Part shown: positions 49,639 to 60,160 of the stretch, piece by piece
Numbering within the stretch: position 1 is the first letter of the stretch
How the letters are laid out: every line of letters begins with the position of its first letter
Program-made: the position numbers and the translations under genes
Notes under the pieces: model-generated
Database searches by the model: none
What the model saw: only the letters and a program-made list of their open reading frames with translations
Told to the model about the DNA's origin: nothing
NCBI GenBank assembly: GCA_964489755.1
Contig: CAZBBE010000001.1
Span: 356-64,355, forward strand
Length of the DNA: 64,000 bases
Reading direction: 5' to 3'
DNA from: an uncultured bacterium
GTDB taxonomy: Bacteria > Fidelibacterota > Marinisomatia > Marinisomatales > AB-629-J13

Positions 49639-49935
49639 TGTTGATACAGTCACCAAATTTAAAGAGGTTTATGTTATGGACAAATTATGAAAAATGTTTA
49701 ATTATAGTATTATTTATAATTTAATATATAAACTAGTAATAATAAGCAGGTTGATATTGGGCATAACCAAAAAAAAATATAATCGAATTTATTTAGGTAC
49801 TATAGAAAGGCTTACTAATTAAAGAAATTGTTTATGTTAATACTTTACGGTACAGTGTGTAAAAGTTCTTAATTAGCTTAGTATATTTCTTATAGTGATT
49901 AATCGTAAACAATTGTGAAAAACCAATGTGGAAAA
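49624..49935 (-). promoter_or_regulatory. cluster of four same-orientation DnaA-box-like 9-mers flanking an AT-rich tract, upstream of and overlapping the dnaN start (candidate oriC or dnaN control region)
   Basis: Minus-strand reading: TTTTCCACA (49935..49927), TTTTTCACA (49922..49914), TTTTACACA (49864..49856), TTTTCCACA (49632..49624, inside dnaN codons 3-5). All fit TT(A/T)TNCACA. Positions 49681..49800 between them are very AT-rich (…ttaattatagtattatttataatttaatatataaac…). Confidence 0.45.
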
Positions 49936-49937
49936 AA

Positions 49938-51215
49938 TTAAGAACCGTCATATATAGATATATACAAGAGTGACTTTGCCTGTTTAAGCCAATCCTTAAA
50001 CCAAATAAGCTTTTTTTGATTAATAGCCATAGACTCCACCTCAGGCCAGTGATCCAAAAGGTTTGGCTTTCCGCCCGGGCGGACACCAGATATCCAAATA
50101 AGATGATATCCAGCAGAGGTCTTTATTGGCGAACTGCACACACCAATAGACGACCCTGCCTGAATGGCGAGGGAGAACTCGGGTATTGGAAAGCTAGATA
50201 AGTCCACCCATCCTAAATCACCACCAATGTCTTTAGTACTTTTATCATCAGAATATGTTTTTGCAAACTGCTTAAATGTGTCAAAATTTAATAATGAATC
50301 TTTAAGAGTAAGAGCAAAACCAAAGACCCTTATTTCATCTGACTCTGTTATCTCAGGCTTTATAAGAATATGTCTAATTTTTGCTTTTTCTCCCTGCCTG
50401 TCTATTGTTTCTATGAGGTGAAATCCAAACTTTGTTAGTATGGGTTCGCTAACAAGACCAACATCTTGAGTAAAGGCAACAGACTCAAACTCAGAAACAA
50501 GGGTTCCCCTTTGTACATACCCCAGATCCCCACCTTGAGGCGCGGTTCCGGCGTCCTCCGAGTGGGCAACCGCAAGAGAACGAAAGGATGATTCACCCGA
50601 TGTAATTTTAAGTCGAATCTTGTTGATTTTGGATAGCGCACTTGACACGCTTTCATTGCTTGGCCCGATAGACAATTGAATATGGTTTATATTATAAAGA
50701 GAGGGAAGGAAACCGAGACTGTCTTGATATTCTTCATAAAAATCAACAACCCCCGCCCTGTTTATGGTAATTTTATTAAGCAGAGAATACTGATACTGTT
50801 CTATAATAAGCTGACCCTGCATATCCACCCAAGATTCTCGACGGAAAGATTTGATGGACCGGCCTAAATACTCCTCTGCTATCTCCTGGCTTCCTGCTCG
50901 GGAAATAATATTTTCAATATGGTTATTTAAGGCCATGTCTACATCTGTTTCTTTTACTTCAACAGAATCTAACTTAGCCATTTCAAGAATGACCTGCTGA
51001 TCTATTAAGCTCTCTATTGCCTGAGCCTGTAACAGCGAATAGGTTTCTGGATTTTTATTTAAATCTATTTTTTGTTGAAGTGCTGTAATTGAGACGAGCT
51101 GTGAAACATCACTTTTTAGAATTACAGCGCTACCAACAACAGCTGCGACACCTTCAAAGAGAAGGCTTTGTGCTGCAAGAAAAACAAAAGAAGAAAGTAG
51201 CATATATATTTTCAT
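49938..51215 (-). CDS. surA: periplasmic chaperone / peptidyl-prolyl isomerase, SurA-like (two parvulin domains)
   Basis: Signal peptide, an N-terminal SurA_N-like helical domain, then parvulin motifs …GDLGYVQRGTLVSEFESVAF…SEPILTKFGFHLIE and GGDLGWVD…SSPIKTSAGYHLIWI. Confidence 0.8.
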   Translation of the reverse strand: MKIYMLLSSFVFLAAQSLLFEGVAAVVGSAVILKSDVSQLVSITALQQKIDLNKNPETYSLLQAQAIESLIDQQVILEMAKLDSVEVKETDVDMALNNHIENIISRAGSQEIAEEYLGRSIKSFRRESWVDMQGQLIIEQYQYSLLNKITINRAGVVDFYEEYQDSLGFLPSLYNINHIQLSIGPSNESVSSALSKINKIRLKITSGESSFRSLAVAHSEDAGTAPQGGDLGYVQRGTLVSEFESVAFTQDVGLVSEPILTKFGFHLIETIDRQGEKAKIRHILIKPEITESDEIRVFGFALTLKDSLLNFDTFKQFAKTYSDDKSTKDIGGDLGWVDLSSFPIPEFSLAIQAGSSIGVCSSPIKTSAGYHLIWISGVRPGGKPNLLDHWPEVESMAINQKKLIWFKDWLKQAKSLLYISIYDGS

Positions 51216-52042
51216 TAATTTATTAAATTTCTAATTCTTTGACTATCAACCTTTATAGGGTATTCTAACCATAAACTATCAACAAGTTCTCTGTGTTTTA
51301 ATGTAAGTGCTTTGTTTTTGAGCGTTTGATAAATTTCATCATACACAAGGTCTAGTCCGATGTAAGAGTTTTCAAGAAAGACTTTTTCTATTTTTATGAT
51401 GTAATAATTATTATCAACTAAATAAGGGCCCAAAAGGTTTCCTTTTTTGAAACTTCTTTTATTGAACACCCTCTCGTTGATTTTTGGCGGAAGCTCTCCG
51501 TATCGGAGGACAGCTCTTGTTCCTCGATATTTTGAAAGCACATCAGAGCCGCTTGTCCCATAGTTTTTTTTTAGTTCACCTTTTATTTTTAGAGCCGCGG
51601 AGTGTCCCGGAGCAGTAAAATAAGAGACATGAGCCTCTTTTATCTTTCTTTTATACCTATCCTTGTTGTCTGTATAATATTTTCTAACAGAATCCCTTTC
51701 AATTGTATACTCTTTTACGCCTAAAGACAGAAAGCCCGCACCTATAAGGTCTTTTTTATAATCTGATATTTTTTGCAGGACAGAAGCGTCTTCATCTATT
51801 CCCTGAGAAAGTCCACCTCGATACAACAGTTCTTTTTCAATCCAGTTTGATAAAAAACTATAAACAAAGAGACTATCCTTTATTTTATCACCAAAGCGAG
51901 CCCTCAGGCTTTCTATACCAATTGAGCTATTACCAACAGAGGCAACCGGAGAAGGGTCGGCCCACATCTCTTTTGTAGAGCAGTCCAGCCCAAAAAGGGA
52001 CAAAAGGGGTATAAAAAAATAAAGAGACCGGTGCGCAGACAT
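51215..52042 (-). CDS. SurA/PpiD-like periplasmic protein with a degenerate parvulin domain
   Basis: 275 aa. Signal peptide. SurA_N-like helices (…FLSNWIEKELLYRGG…). HVSYFTAPGHSAALKIKGELKK…LLGPYLVDNNYYIIKIEKV resembles a parvulin fold lacking the canonical catalytic His pair. 1-nt stop/start overlap with surA. Confidence 0.5.
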   Translation of the reverse strand: MSAHRSLYFFIPLLSLFGLDCSTKEMWADPSPVASVGNSSIGIESLRARFGDKIKDSLFVYSFLSNWIEKELLYRGGLSQGIDEDASVLQKISDYKKDLIGAGFLSLGVKEYTIERDSVRKYYTDNKDRYKRKIKEAHVSYFTAPGHSAALKIKGELKKNYGTSGSDVLSKYRGTRAVLRYGELPPKINERVFNKRSFKKGNLLGPYLVDNNYYIIKIEKVFLENSYIGLDLVYDEIYQTLKNKALTLKHRELVDSLWLEYPIKVDSQRIRNLIN

Positions 52043-52050
52043 ATCAGAAA

Positions 52051-55000
52051 TTAGTGTACATCCCTTTTTAAAAACAGCTTTTCTATAAAGCCAAAGATTT
52101 TTTTTATAGAAGAATAGGTCACCAACACCCCACCTATAACAACAAGCGCGCTTTTGTCCTTGTTGTTTTTCAGCAGGAGGTCTTTATTTGTAATGCTAAA
52201 AACACTTAAAACAGCGGCAATAAAATCAGCCACCGTTTCAAAAGGGGCAAAAGAGCTAACGGTGAGTTCAATATTTTTTTTAAGGACACACACTCTTTTT
52301 ACTGAAGTACCTGACAAGAAAACCCTTAACCTTGATATATTCAAAAGAAGGGCAGCCCTGCGGGGAAGAGGGCCAAACCGGTCCACAAGCTCTTCTTTAA
52401 TGTCGCCGACCTTTTCAAGAGAGCCCGCGAGAGCCAGCGACTGGTAAAAATAGAGCCGGTCTTCTATGAGAGGAACAAAACCTTTGGGCAAGTCAGAAGA
52501 AAAACCAGAAACGATTATTGTAGAGGAGTCCTCTTTTTTGACACCACGCTCCTCATCAATAACAGCCTTCAAAATTTTATTATACATATGAAACCCCACA
52601 CTTGAAATGGCCCCACTTTGTTTTGTACCAAACAGGTCTCCCGCCCCCCGGATGTCCATATCTCTTTGGGCAATCTTGTAGCCCGAACCGAGGCTTGTGT
52701 TTTGCTCCAGGGCTTTTAGTCTTTGGAAAGAGGCCCCCCCGAGCCTTGCCCCCACAGGAACAAACAGATAACAAAACGCCTGCTGAACACTTCTGCCCAC
52801 CCGCCCCCTTAATTGGTAGAGTTGAGAAAGCCCAAAATGGTGCGCATTGTTTATGATAATGGAGTTTGCATTTGATACGTCTAACCCCGAACCCACGATG
52901 GTAGTGCAACATAAAACATCAATACTGTTTTTGAAAAAATCAAGCATAACTGACTCGAGCACCCTGCTTTTTGTTTTTCCATGAGCGATTTGTGTTTTTA
53001 AATTAGGAAACCTCTTTTTTATTTTTTTTGCTAAAAAAGAAAGCGCCCGAATATTATTGTTGACAAAATAAACCTGCCCCCCGCGATTTGTCTCATGCTT
53101 TATTATTTTAAAGACCCGCTCCCAGTCAAAATAACCTACAAATGTTTTAATTGGTCTCCTTGACTTAGGCGGCGTGCTTATAATGCTGATGTTTTTTAAT
53201 CCAACAATGGACTGTTTTAAGGTTCGCGGAATTGGTGTTGCTGTAAGCGTCAACACGTCCACCTGTGACCTCATTGATTTAATTTTTTCTTTGTGTTTCA
53301 CACCAAAACGGTGCTCCTCGTCTATAACAACCAACCCCAAGTTGTCTGTGTGCACATCGTCTGAAATTAATCGATGGGTACCAATCAAAACATCAACATT
53401 GCCACGAGAAACAGACGCAATGATTTTCTTTTGTTCAGTTTTTGTTCGAAAACGAGACAAAAGCTCCACATGAACACCCAAAGGAAAAAAGCGCTTTGTA
53501 AAACTGATATAATGCTGGTTTGCCAAAACAGTGGTCGGAGCCATTACAAAAACTAACCTACCACTTTCAACAGCCCTTATGGATGCCCGAATAGCAATTT
53601 CGGTTTTTCCAAACCCCACGTCTCCACAAATCAACCTGTCCATAGGGGGACGCTTTCCCATGTCTGACATAACGTCTTGCATCGCAGATAACTGCCCACC
53701 TGTTTCTTGGAACGGGAAGGACTCACACACAGCCCTATAAAAATCACCCTCCTTTTCGTATAAAAACCCCCGGGAACCCAACCTTAATGCATGGTTTTTT
53801 AGCAACTCTTTGGCAATTCTTTTTGCATGTTTTTTTATTACCCCCTTTTTCCTGCTCCACGACTTCAACCTTAAAGAGGAAAGCTTAACAGAGCCCGGGG
53901 ACACGCCCACTAGTCGGTGCAGCTTATTAAAACTATAGACAGGAACATAAACAGCCCCACCGTCTGCATATTTTAATTTAATACACTCGTTTCCCCCTGT
54001 TTTTTCAAGCCCCCGATAAATACCAATTCCAAAATCTTCATGCACCAGGGGCTCGCCCCAGCCAAGGTCAGATATGTCTATTATTTCGCTCGCCACCCCG
54101 CTATGGCCACCATCCACCATCCATCGAGACTTAATATTAAAATGAGACCCAGAAAGGTCTTTTGATCCAAAAACGATCAGGCCAGGCACACGTAGGCAGA
54201 ACCCGTTTTCTATTGACCCAAAAACCTGTTGCACAGTGTGTTTTTCGGGAAAATATGAGGGAAGAGTAAAATCGCCGGGCTTATCAGAAAAAACAACACA
54301 TGTAGTTTTTGTGTTTTCTGATAGCGCGTTATTTACAACGCCTTTTGAAATGTTTTCTGATTTTAAACATGAAACATCGCCATCCTCCTTATTAAAAAGT
54401 ATTTGATAATCGCCACCCCCACAGCGCTCAACGCTATATATATTAATGGAAGAATCAGAAGAAACAAAAGAAAACAGAGACTTGCTTGTGGTTTGTTTTT
54501 CAAGAAGGCGAGGGAGGAGCGCTATTTGTTTAAGTTTTTTAATTGTTCGCTGAGAATAGGGATTAAATAATCGTATAGATTCTACCATATCACCGAAATA
54601 TTCTATACGAACAGGGTTTCTTGAATGAAAAAGAAAAACATCTATTATTCCACCCCTTACCGCATAATACAGAGGGTTTACCACCCTGTCGGTCTGGTGA
54701 TATCCCCACCGATCTAAAAAACTAAGAACATCAATCATCTTTGTTTTTTTCTTGATATAAACATTTATTTCTTCATCATTAGTTCTTACACGAGGAGCGC
54801 TAAGGCCACAAAGGGCCTCATTTGTTGTAAAAAGCAGACCAACCCTGCTTTTTGTAGAAAGAACTGACAAAGACTCCTCTGTATAGCGCTGGTCCTCTGA
54901 GACAAAGCCAGGAACCCCCCGGGGGGGCGACCCCTGCTCAGGCAGAAAAAAAGAAAAATCAGGGCACAACCCATAACACACAGAGTAAAGCGCGCTAGCG

Positions 55001-55185
55001 GTTTTTTCGTTGGGGGAGATTATTACAACAAGCCCATCACGGTTAATAGACACAGAAAGAAGGGTTATTGCGGCAGCCTCTGCGGAAAGGGGGCCTGTTT
55101 TTTTAGGGTATTTATTTAAAACACACTTTTCATACCACCGAAAAAAAGAGTCCAACTCCCACCCCGTGTTTTCACGTGAAACCAC
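52051..55185 (-). CDS. mfd: transcription-repair coupling factor
   Basis: CarD/RNAP-interacting region EPLVHEDFGIGIYRG, helicase motifs CGDVGFGKTE, VIDEEHRFGV, LTLTATPIPRT, QLYQLRGRVGRS, and a C-terminal TRCF domain. Confidence 0.95.
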   Translation of the reverse strand: MVSRENTGWELDSFFRWYEKCVLNKYPKKTGPLSAEAAAITLLSVSINRDGLVVIISPNEKTASALYSVCYGLCPDFSFFLPEQGSPPRGVPGFVSEDQRYTEESLSVLSTKSRVGLLFTTNEALCGLSAPRVRTNDEEINVYIKKKTKMIDVLSFLDRWGYHQTDRVVNPLYYAVRGGIIDVFLFHSRNPVRIEYFGDMVESIRLFNPYSQRTIKKLKQIALLPRLLEKQTTSKSLFSFVSSDSSINIYSVERCGGGDYQILFNKEDGDVSCLKSENISKGVVNNALSENTKTTCVVFSDKPGDFTLPSYFPEKHTVQQVFGSIENGFCLRVPGLIVFGSKDLSGSHFNIKSRWMVDGGHSGVASEIIDISDLGWGEPLVHEDFGIGIYRGLEKTGGNECIKLKYADGGAVYVPVYSFNKLHRLVGVSPGSVKLSSLRLKSWSRKKGVIKKHAKRIAKELLKNHALRLGSRGFLYEKEGDFYRAVCESFPFQETGGQLSAMQDVMSDMGKRPPMDRLICGDVGFGKTEIAIRASIRAVESGRLVFVMAPTTVLANQHYISFTKRFFPLGVHVELLSRFRTKTEQKKIIASVSRGNVDVLIGTHRLISDDVHTDNLGLVVIDEEHRFGVKHKEKIKSMRSQVDVLTLTATPIPRTLKQSIVGLKNISIISTPPKSRRPIKTFVGYFDWERVFKIIKHETNRGGQVYFVNNNIRALSFLAKKIKKRFPNLKTQIAHGKTKSRVLESVMLDFFKNSIDVLCCTTIVGSGLDVSNANSIIINNAHHFGLSQLYQLRGRVGRSVQQAFCYLFVPVGARLGGASFQRLKALEQNTSLGSGYKIAQRDMDIRGAGDLFGTKQSGAISSVGFHMYNKILKAVIDEERGVKKEDSSTIIVSGFSSDLPKGFVPLIEDRLYFYQSLALAGSLEKVGDIKEELVDRFGPLPRRAALLLNISRLRVFLSGTSVKRVCVLKKNIELTVSSFAPFETVADFIAAVLSVFSITNKDLLLKNNKDKSALVVIGGVLVTYSSIKKIFGFIEKLFLKRDVH

Positions 55186-55188
55186 AGG

Positions 55189-57069
55189 CTATTTATGAAG
55201 ATAAACAGAGAGGACAGAGGCGTCAGACGGGGTGACCCCGGAAATTCTCATGGCCTGCCCCACGGTTTCTGGCCTAATAAGAACAAGCTTCTCCCGTGCC
55301 TCCAAAGAAAGGCCCTTAATTTTTTCATAGTTAAAATGATAGGGTATTTTTTTTCTATTTATAGAGGAAAGCCTTTTTATTTGGCCTGTCTGTCTTTTTA
55401 TATATCCCTCATATTTAATAATGGTTTCAGCCTCAAGAAAAGCCTCTTCGATTAGGTGCACAGAAAGAGAAGACGACAAAAGGGTTTTTTTAAACAAAAC
55501 CCGCCTAAAATCATTAATAGAAATGTTTGGCCTTTTTAGAATTTTTATCAGGGGAGTTTTTTGCTTAACAGGGATCTCCTTTTTTCTGTTTAAAACAGAA
55601 TTAATAACCCCCGGCTCCAACGAGACTAGGGCGACACCAACAATTTTCTCAGTAAAAGAGGTCTTGTTTTGTAAATATACAATTTCATCATTCGACAACA
55701 GGCCGTGCCGGATGGAATGTTTCAAGAGCCTTTTTTCTGCATTAGAATACCTAAGAAGCAGACGATATTCAGCCCTAGAGGTAAACAACCGATAAGGCTC
55801 AAGGGTGTCTTTTGTAATAAGGTCATCTAACATGACACCAAGGTAAGACTCCTCCCTAGATAAACGAAGAGGCTCTTTATCTAAAACATACATTGCGGCA
55901 TTTATTCCTGCAACAAGCCCCTGTCCCGCAGCCTCTTCGTAGCCAGACGTTCCGTTTATTTGACCAGCCAAAAAAAGACCAGAAAGCGCCTTCGCCTCAA
56001 GCGTTAACTTAAGCTGTGAAGGATGAAAAAAATCATATTCAATGGCATAGCCAGGCCGCAAGAACTCCGCCTGCTCAAGCCCCGGAACTGCCCTTAAAGA
56101 GTCTATTTGCACAGGCTCAGGAAGGCTTGTTGAAAAACCGCTTACATATGTTTGGTCAGAGCGAAACCACTCAGGTTCAAGATAAAGAAAATGTTCTCCC
56201 CTTTGGGGAAAACGATAAATTTTATCTTCAATCGAGGGACAATACCGTGGACCCACTCCACCAACATCACCGGAAAACATGGGTGACCGAAAAAGATTTT
56301 TATTTATTATTTTATGGGAGAGAGCACCTGTCTTTGTAAGGTAACACGGAACATTGGGAGGAGAAAAAGAAGAGGTGAAATGTGAAAACGGAGAAGGACG
56401 CTCGTCACCCACAGAAACAGAACACTTAGAAAAATCTATTGTTGATGTTTTTAGGCGGGGAGGGGTTCCTGTTTTTAATCTGGAGAACGAAAAACCCAGA
56501 GACGACAAGGACTCTGTAATTCCACTACTATGACCCTCCCCCATCCTTCCGGCGCTTGTTTTTTGTTCACCAACATGAATAAGTCCATTAAGAAATGTTC
56601 CACAGGTTATAATAAGTGTTTTACAAAATATTTTTTCGGTGGACAACAAGACAACGCCCGAAATCACTCCACTCGAAACAAGGATATCCACCACCTCACC
56701 ACAAAAAACCTTTATATTATTACAACCCGAGACCAGCCGCACAACTTCCTGTTCGTATTTTCGTTTGTCAACCTGTGCCCTTGGGGACCACACTGCCCGC
56801 CCCTTAGATTTGTTTAACATTTTATATTGAAGGGAGGCAGTGTCCGCGACCCGCCCCATAACCCCACCCAAAACATCAATCTCCCGAACCACCTGTCCCT
56901 TTGCAATGCCACCAATGGAGGGGCTGCACGACATTCTCCCAATAGCCTGAGGGTTAATAGTTACAAGAGAGACAGACAGCCCCAGCTTGGCACAAATCAA
57001 CGAAGCCTCTACACCAGCATGACCACCACCCACAACAATGGTATCACTATAGGGGCCGGGGTGTTTCAC
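55189..57069 (-). CDS. mnmG: tRNA uridine-5-carboxymethylaminomethyl modification enzyme MnmG (GidA)
   Basis: [64 protein letters not shown]. Confidence 0.96.
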   Translation of the reverse strand: MKHPGPYSDTIVVGGGHAGVEASLICAKLGLSVSLVTINPQAIGRMSCSPSIGGIAKGQVVREIDVLGGVMGRVADTASLQYKMLNKSKGRAVWSPRAQVDKRKYEQEVVRLVSGCNNIKVFCGEVVDILVSSGVISGVVLLSTEKIFCKTLIITCGTFLNGLIHVGEQKTSAGRMGEGHSSGITESLSSLGFSFSRLKTGTPPRLKTSTIDFSKCSVSVGDERPSPFSHFTSSFSPPNVPCYLTKTGALSHKIINKNLFRSPMFSGDVGGVGPRYCPSIEDKIYRFPQRGEHFLYLEPEWFRSDQTYVSGFSTSLPEPVQIDSLRAVPGLEQAEFLRPGYAIEYDFFHPSQLKLTLEAKALSGLFLAGQINGTSGYEEAAGQGLVAGINAAMYVLDKEPLRLSREESYLGVMLDDLITKDTLEPYRLFTSRAEYRLLLRYSNAEKRLLKHSIRHGLLSNDEIVYLQNKTSFTEKIVGVALVSLEPGVINSVLNRKKEIPVKQKTPLIKILKRPNISINDFRRVLFKKTLLSSSLSVHLIEEAFLEAETIIKYEGYIKRQTGQIKRLSSINRKKIPYHFNYEKIKGLSLEAREKLVLIRPETVGQAMRISGVTPSDASVLSVYLHK

Positions 57070-57075
57070 GTGAAA

Positions 57076-58437
57076 CTATTTTCCAACACAAAAACCACTA
57101 AAAACACTATCAAGGATATCATCGGTAACCGTTTTTCCGAGAACCAGATCCAGCTGGCTCAAGGCATCCCGAAGCTCAAACGACACAAGGTCAAAAGGGA
57201 CAGGCCCAGAACCGGACAGGAGGTCCCCTGCGTTTTGAATACAGTATAGTATTTTTTTGAGAATTATATTTTGTCTACTTGTAACTACAGGAACGAGATC
57301 ACCAAGAGAGGGGGAAATACTAATACATACCTGAATGATCTTTAGTAATTTTTTAACTCCAAAAGAAGCTTTGGCCGAAACAATACAAGACTCAGGGAAT
57401 TGTTTTTTCAAAGATTCAATCTCTTGTTTTTTGCACAGATCGGCCTTGCTTATCACATGGACAAGGGGGCCACCAAACACACTAAGATCACCAATGTTAA
57501 TTTTTCCGTTTGCGGGCGTAACAATAACCACACAATCAGCGTTCGATATTTCCCTTTCGGCCCGCAAAACACCCTCTTTTTCGATCTTATTTTTGGAAAT
57601 ACGAAGCCCCGCAGTATCTATCAACGTAACAGGAACACCACCAATAGAAACGGAGGTCTCAATAACGTCTCTTGTTGTTCCTGGTTGAGGGCCTGTTATG
57701 GCTCGATTAAAACCAGCGATAGAGTTTAGGAGGGTTGACTTTCCCACGTTTGGGGCACCACAAATAACGACATTTGCACCCTCGTTTAACATCCGGACAG
57801 AGTTGTGGCCCACTAACGCTTTTTCTATTATAGCCCGGAACCCACCCAGGGCCAACAGTGCGTCACCTAACAACTTAGGCTGAAGATCGCCCTCACTAAC
57901 GTCAAGTTCAAATTCAATTTTGGCAAGAAGACCAATTAATGATTTTTTTATTTTTTTCATTAGTGTAGAGAGTTCACCATGAAGCATTTTAAAACTTAAC
58001 GAGGCACTCTCGTCGGTTTTAGACTGTATTAAAGAGGCAACAGCCTCTGCCTGAATTAGGTCAATTTTTCCATTAAGAAAGGCGCGCTTTGTAAACTCTC
58101 CCGGCTCTGCGGTCCGTGCCCCATTAACACAACAGATCAAGATAAGCTTGTTGACAATAGAGGGGTTTCCATGACAAGAGATTTCAACAACGTCTTCACC
58201 GGTATAGGAGTTGGGTTTTTTGAAAAAAGTCACGACCCCATCTTCAAATGGAACATTGTTCTCGTCTATGAGCCTAACTAGCACAACCGTTTTGTGCTTA
58301 AAGGGTTCTTTGTTTTTAGAGGATAAGGATATGGACCTAATAATATTTTTTGAATCAGGCCCGCTCATTCTCACAACGGAAACACCACCAAAACCATGAG
58401 GGGTGGCGGTAGCAACAATTGTGTCCAAAGGGATCAT
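57076..58437 (-). CDS. mnmE: tRNA modification GTPase MnmE (TrmE)
   Basis: DTIVATATPHGFGGVSVVRMSG, G-domain GAPNVGKSTLLN / DTAGLR, C-terminal CVGK motif. 4-nt overlap with yidC. Confidence 0.95.
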   Translation of the reverse strand: MIPLDTIVATATPHGFGGVSVVRMSGPDSKNIIRSISLSSKNKEPFKHKTVVLVRLIDENNVPFEDGVVTFFKKPNSYTGEDVVEISCHGNPSIVNKLILICCVNGARTAEPGEFTKRAFLNGKIDLIQAEAVASLIQSKTDESASLSFKMLHGELSTLMKKIKKSLIGLLAKIEFELDVSEGDLQPKLLGDALLALGGFRAIIEKALVGHNSVRMLNEGANVVICGAPNVGKSTLLNSIAGFNRAITGPQPGTTRDVIETSVSIGGVPVTLIDTAGLRISKNKIEKEGVLRAEREISNADCVVIVTPANGKINIGDLSVFGGPLVHVISKADLCKKQEIESLKKQFPESCIVSAKASFGVKKLLKIIQVCISISPSLGDLVPVVTSRQNIILKKILYCIQNAGDLLSGSGPVPFDLVSFELRDALSQLDLVLGKTVTDDILDSVFSGFCVGK

Positions 58438-60158
58438 TTTTTCTGAACTAAACTCTTTGTGGGTGCAACGGGTGTAAGATATTTTTGTTGTAGGATAGTG
58501 AGTACGTTAAAAAGTGTATAATAAAGGTTTAGGCCGGACGGAAATCCGTTAAACAACAACACAAAAAACCCAGTCATAAAATAAGACATAAATACCTGTT
58601 GTCCAGATGCCTGGGTGGGCATCATTTTTTGCTGAATGAACATTGTAACTCCCATTATTAATGGTAAAATAGCCACCCCGTCTCCATATAGGGGTACAGA
58701 AAAAGGAAGCCTAAAAACCACATCCGGCGCAGAAAGATCAGTAATCCAGCCCACGAAGTGTGCCCCGCGTAGCTCAATGGTTGAACGAAAAACCTGAAAA
58801 AGGGAAATAAGTAAGGGCATTTGTATAAGAATAGGCAAACACCCCCCAAGAGGGTTTACCCCGCGCTCCTTGTATAGGCCCATTGTGGCCTTATTTAATT
58901 TTTGGGGATTGTTTTTATATTTTTCTTTCAGTTTAGCAATTTCAGGCTGAAGGGCCTGCATCTCCTTAGAAGACTGATAGCTCTTTTTTGTTAAAGGAAA
59001 CACTACAATTTTAACGAGCACAGAAAATAAAATTAAAACAAGCCCGTAATTTGGAATCCAGACATGAAAAGACCTTAAGAGCCACAGAACACCCAGAGAA
59101 ATCGGCCTTATAAGAGAAAAACCAAAATTCATTATACTGGGAATGCCCTTGTTTATCTTTTTTACGGTTTCATATTCAAGGGGCCCTAAATATATAGATA
59201 CGGACGAGGATTGATTTTTATTAAGCCCCACGGCCATACTATATAAAGGGATAGAGACAGACCCCAACATTATTTCTTTAAAACCAACCCAGCAGATCTC
59301 GCTTTCCTTTTCAGGCAAAAAAACAGAAGTAAAATATTTAGATCGTATTGCTGTCCATTCAGTTCTTCCACGAACGGTCTCCAGAGAGCCAGTTTGGTTT
59401 TTAAGATTTTGTGCCACCTTCTTAAACTCGTAATAGTCACCAGCCTGATAAACATAACCATTAAAATATGTAATATCATCCTTAAGGTTTGTCTCTGTGG
59501 GGGGGATTCCCCCGTCCCACCCCAATGAATAAAAATCTCCAGAAAGCTTGTCCGATATATTAGACAGATTTGTGGTGACCCCAACGACATAAGAGCCCGG
59601 GTCAAACAACAGTGTTTTTTCTATACTCTCTCCTTTATATATATAAGAAAGTTCTAATAGGTAGGAATCATTAAAAACCTCTATGTGTTCGCGGCCCTCA
59701 TTTGTGAACCAGGGCTCCTTAATAGAAACATTTTCACCATCAATACTGACAAACGACAAATAGAGGTTGTTAAGGTTTTGTTCAAAAATTAAGTTAACAA
59801 AGGCAGAGTCCGCCCCAACATATTTTTTTAGTTCAAAGCTTACGAGCGAACCACCCATTTTTGTAGAAACCACAGCGGAATATAGGGGTGTTTCTATTAA
59901 AATATTTTTTTCTTCATATTCTGTTTTTATTGGGAGGTTGGGCTCTAAACCTAGAGGAGCCGCCACCTGCGGTGATATGTATTTACAGCTTCCGTCATCT
60001 TCGGTTGCGTCCGGATTATAATTGCTGGCCCCCGGATCTGTACACCCTCGCGCGGAGGTCACAACAGGCGGTGGAGGAGATATAAGCTGAAAATAGTATG
60101 GCATTAGGATTAACACCATAGCAATAAGAAAAATAGCTAAAAGAGAACGACGGTCCAT
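58434..60158 (-). CDS. yidC: membrane protein insertase YidC
   Basis: TM1, a large periplasmic beta-sandwich-type domain, then the conserved core GLVLILFSVLVKIVVFPLT…MQALQPEI…GVNPLGGCLPILIQMPLLISLF. It carries an extra Cys-bracketed 22-aa motif after TM1 (see findings). Confidence 0.93.
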   Translation of the reverse strand: MDRRSLLAIFLIAMVLILMPYYFQLISPPPPVVTSARGCTDPGASNYNPDATEDDGSCKYISPQVAAPLGLEPNLPIKTEYEEKNILIETPLYSAVVSTKMGGSLVSFELKKYVGADSAFVNLIFEQNLNNLYLSFVSIDGENVSIKEPWFTNEGREHIEVFNDSYLLELSYIYKGESIEKTLLFDPGSYVVGVTTNLSNISDKLSGDFYSLGWDGGIPPTETNLKDDITYFNGYVYQAGDYYEFKKVAQNLKNQTGSLETVRGRTEWTAIRSKYFTSVFLPEKESEICWVGFKEIMLGSVSIPLYSMAVGLNKNQSSSVSIYLGPLEYETVKKINKGIPSIMNFGFSLIRPISLGVLWLLRSFHVWIPNYGLVLILFSVLVKIVVFPLTKKSYQSSKEMQALQPEIAKLKEKYKNNPQKLNKATMGLYKERGVNPLGGCLPILIQMPLLISLFQVFRSTIELRGAHFVGWITDLSAPDVVFRLPFSVPLYGDGVAILPLIMGVTMFIQQKMMPTQASGQQVFMSYFMTGFFVLLFNGFPSGLNLYYTLFNVLTILQQKYLTPVAPTKSLVQKK

Positions 60159-60160
60159 TT

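Noticed and set aside
54915-54927. The C6G7 palindrome (CCCCCCGGGGGGG) inside mfd, considered as a possible protein-binding site or recombination hotspot
   Set aside because: It is short, occurs once, and simply encodes a Pro/Gly-rich linker (…SPPRGVPG…) in frame. No partner repeat occurs elsewhere in the window.
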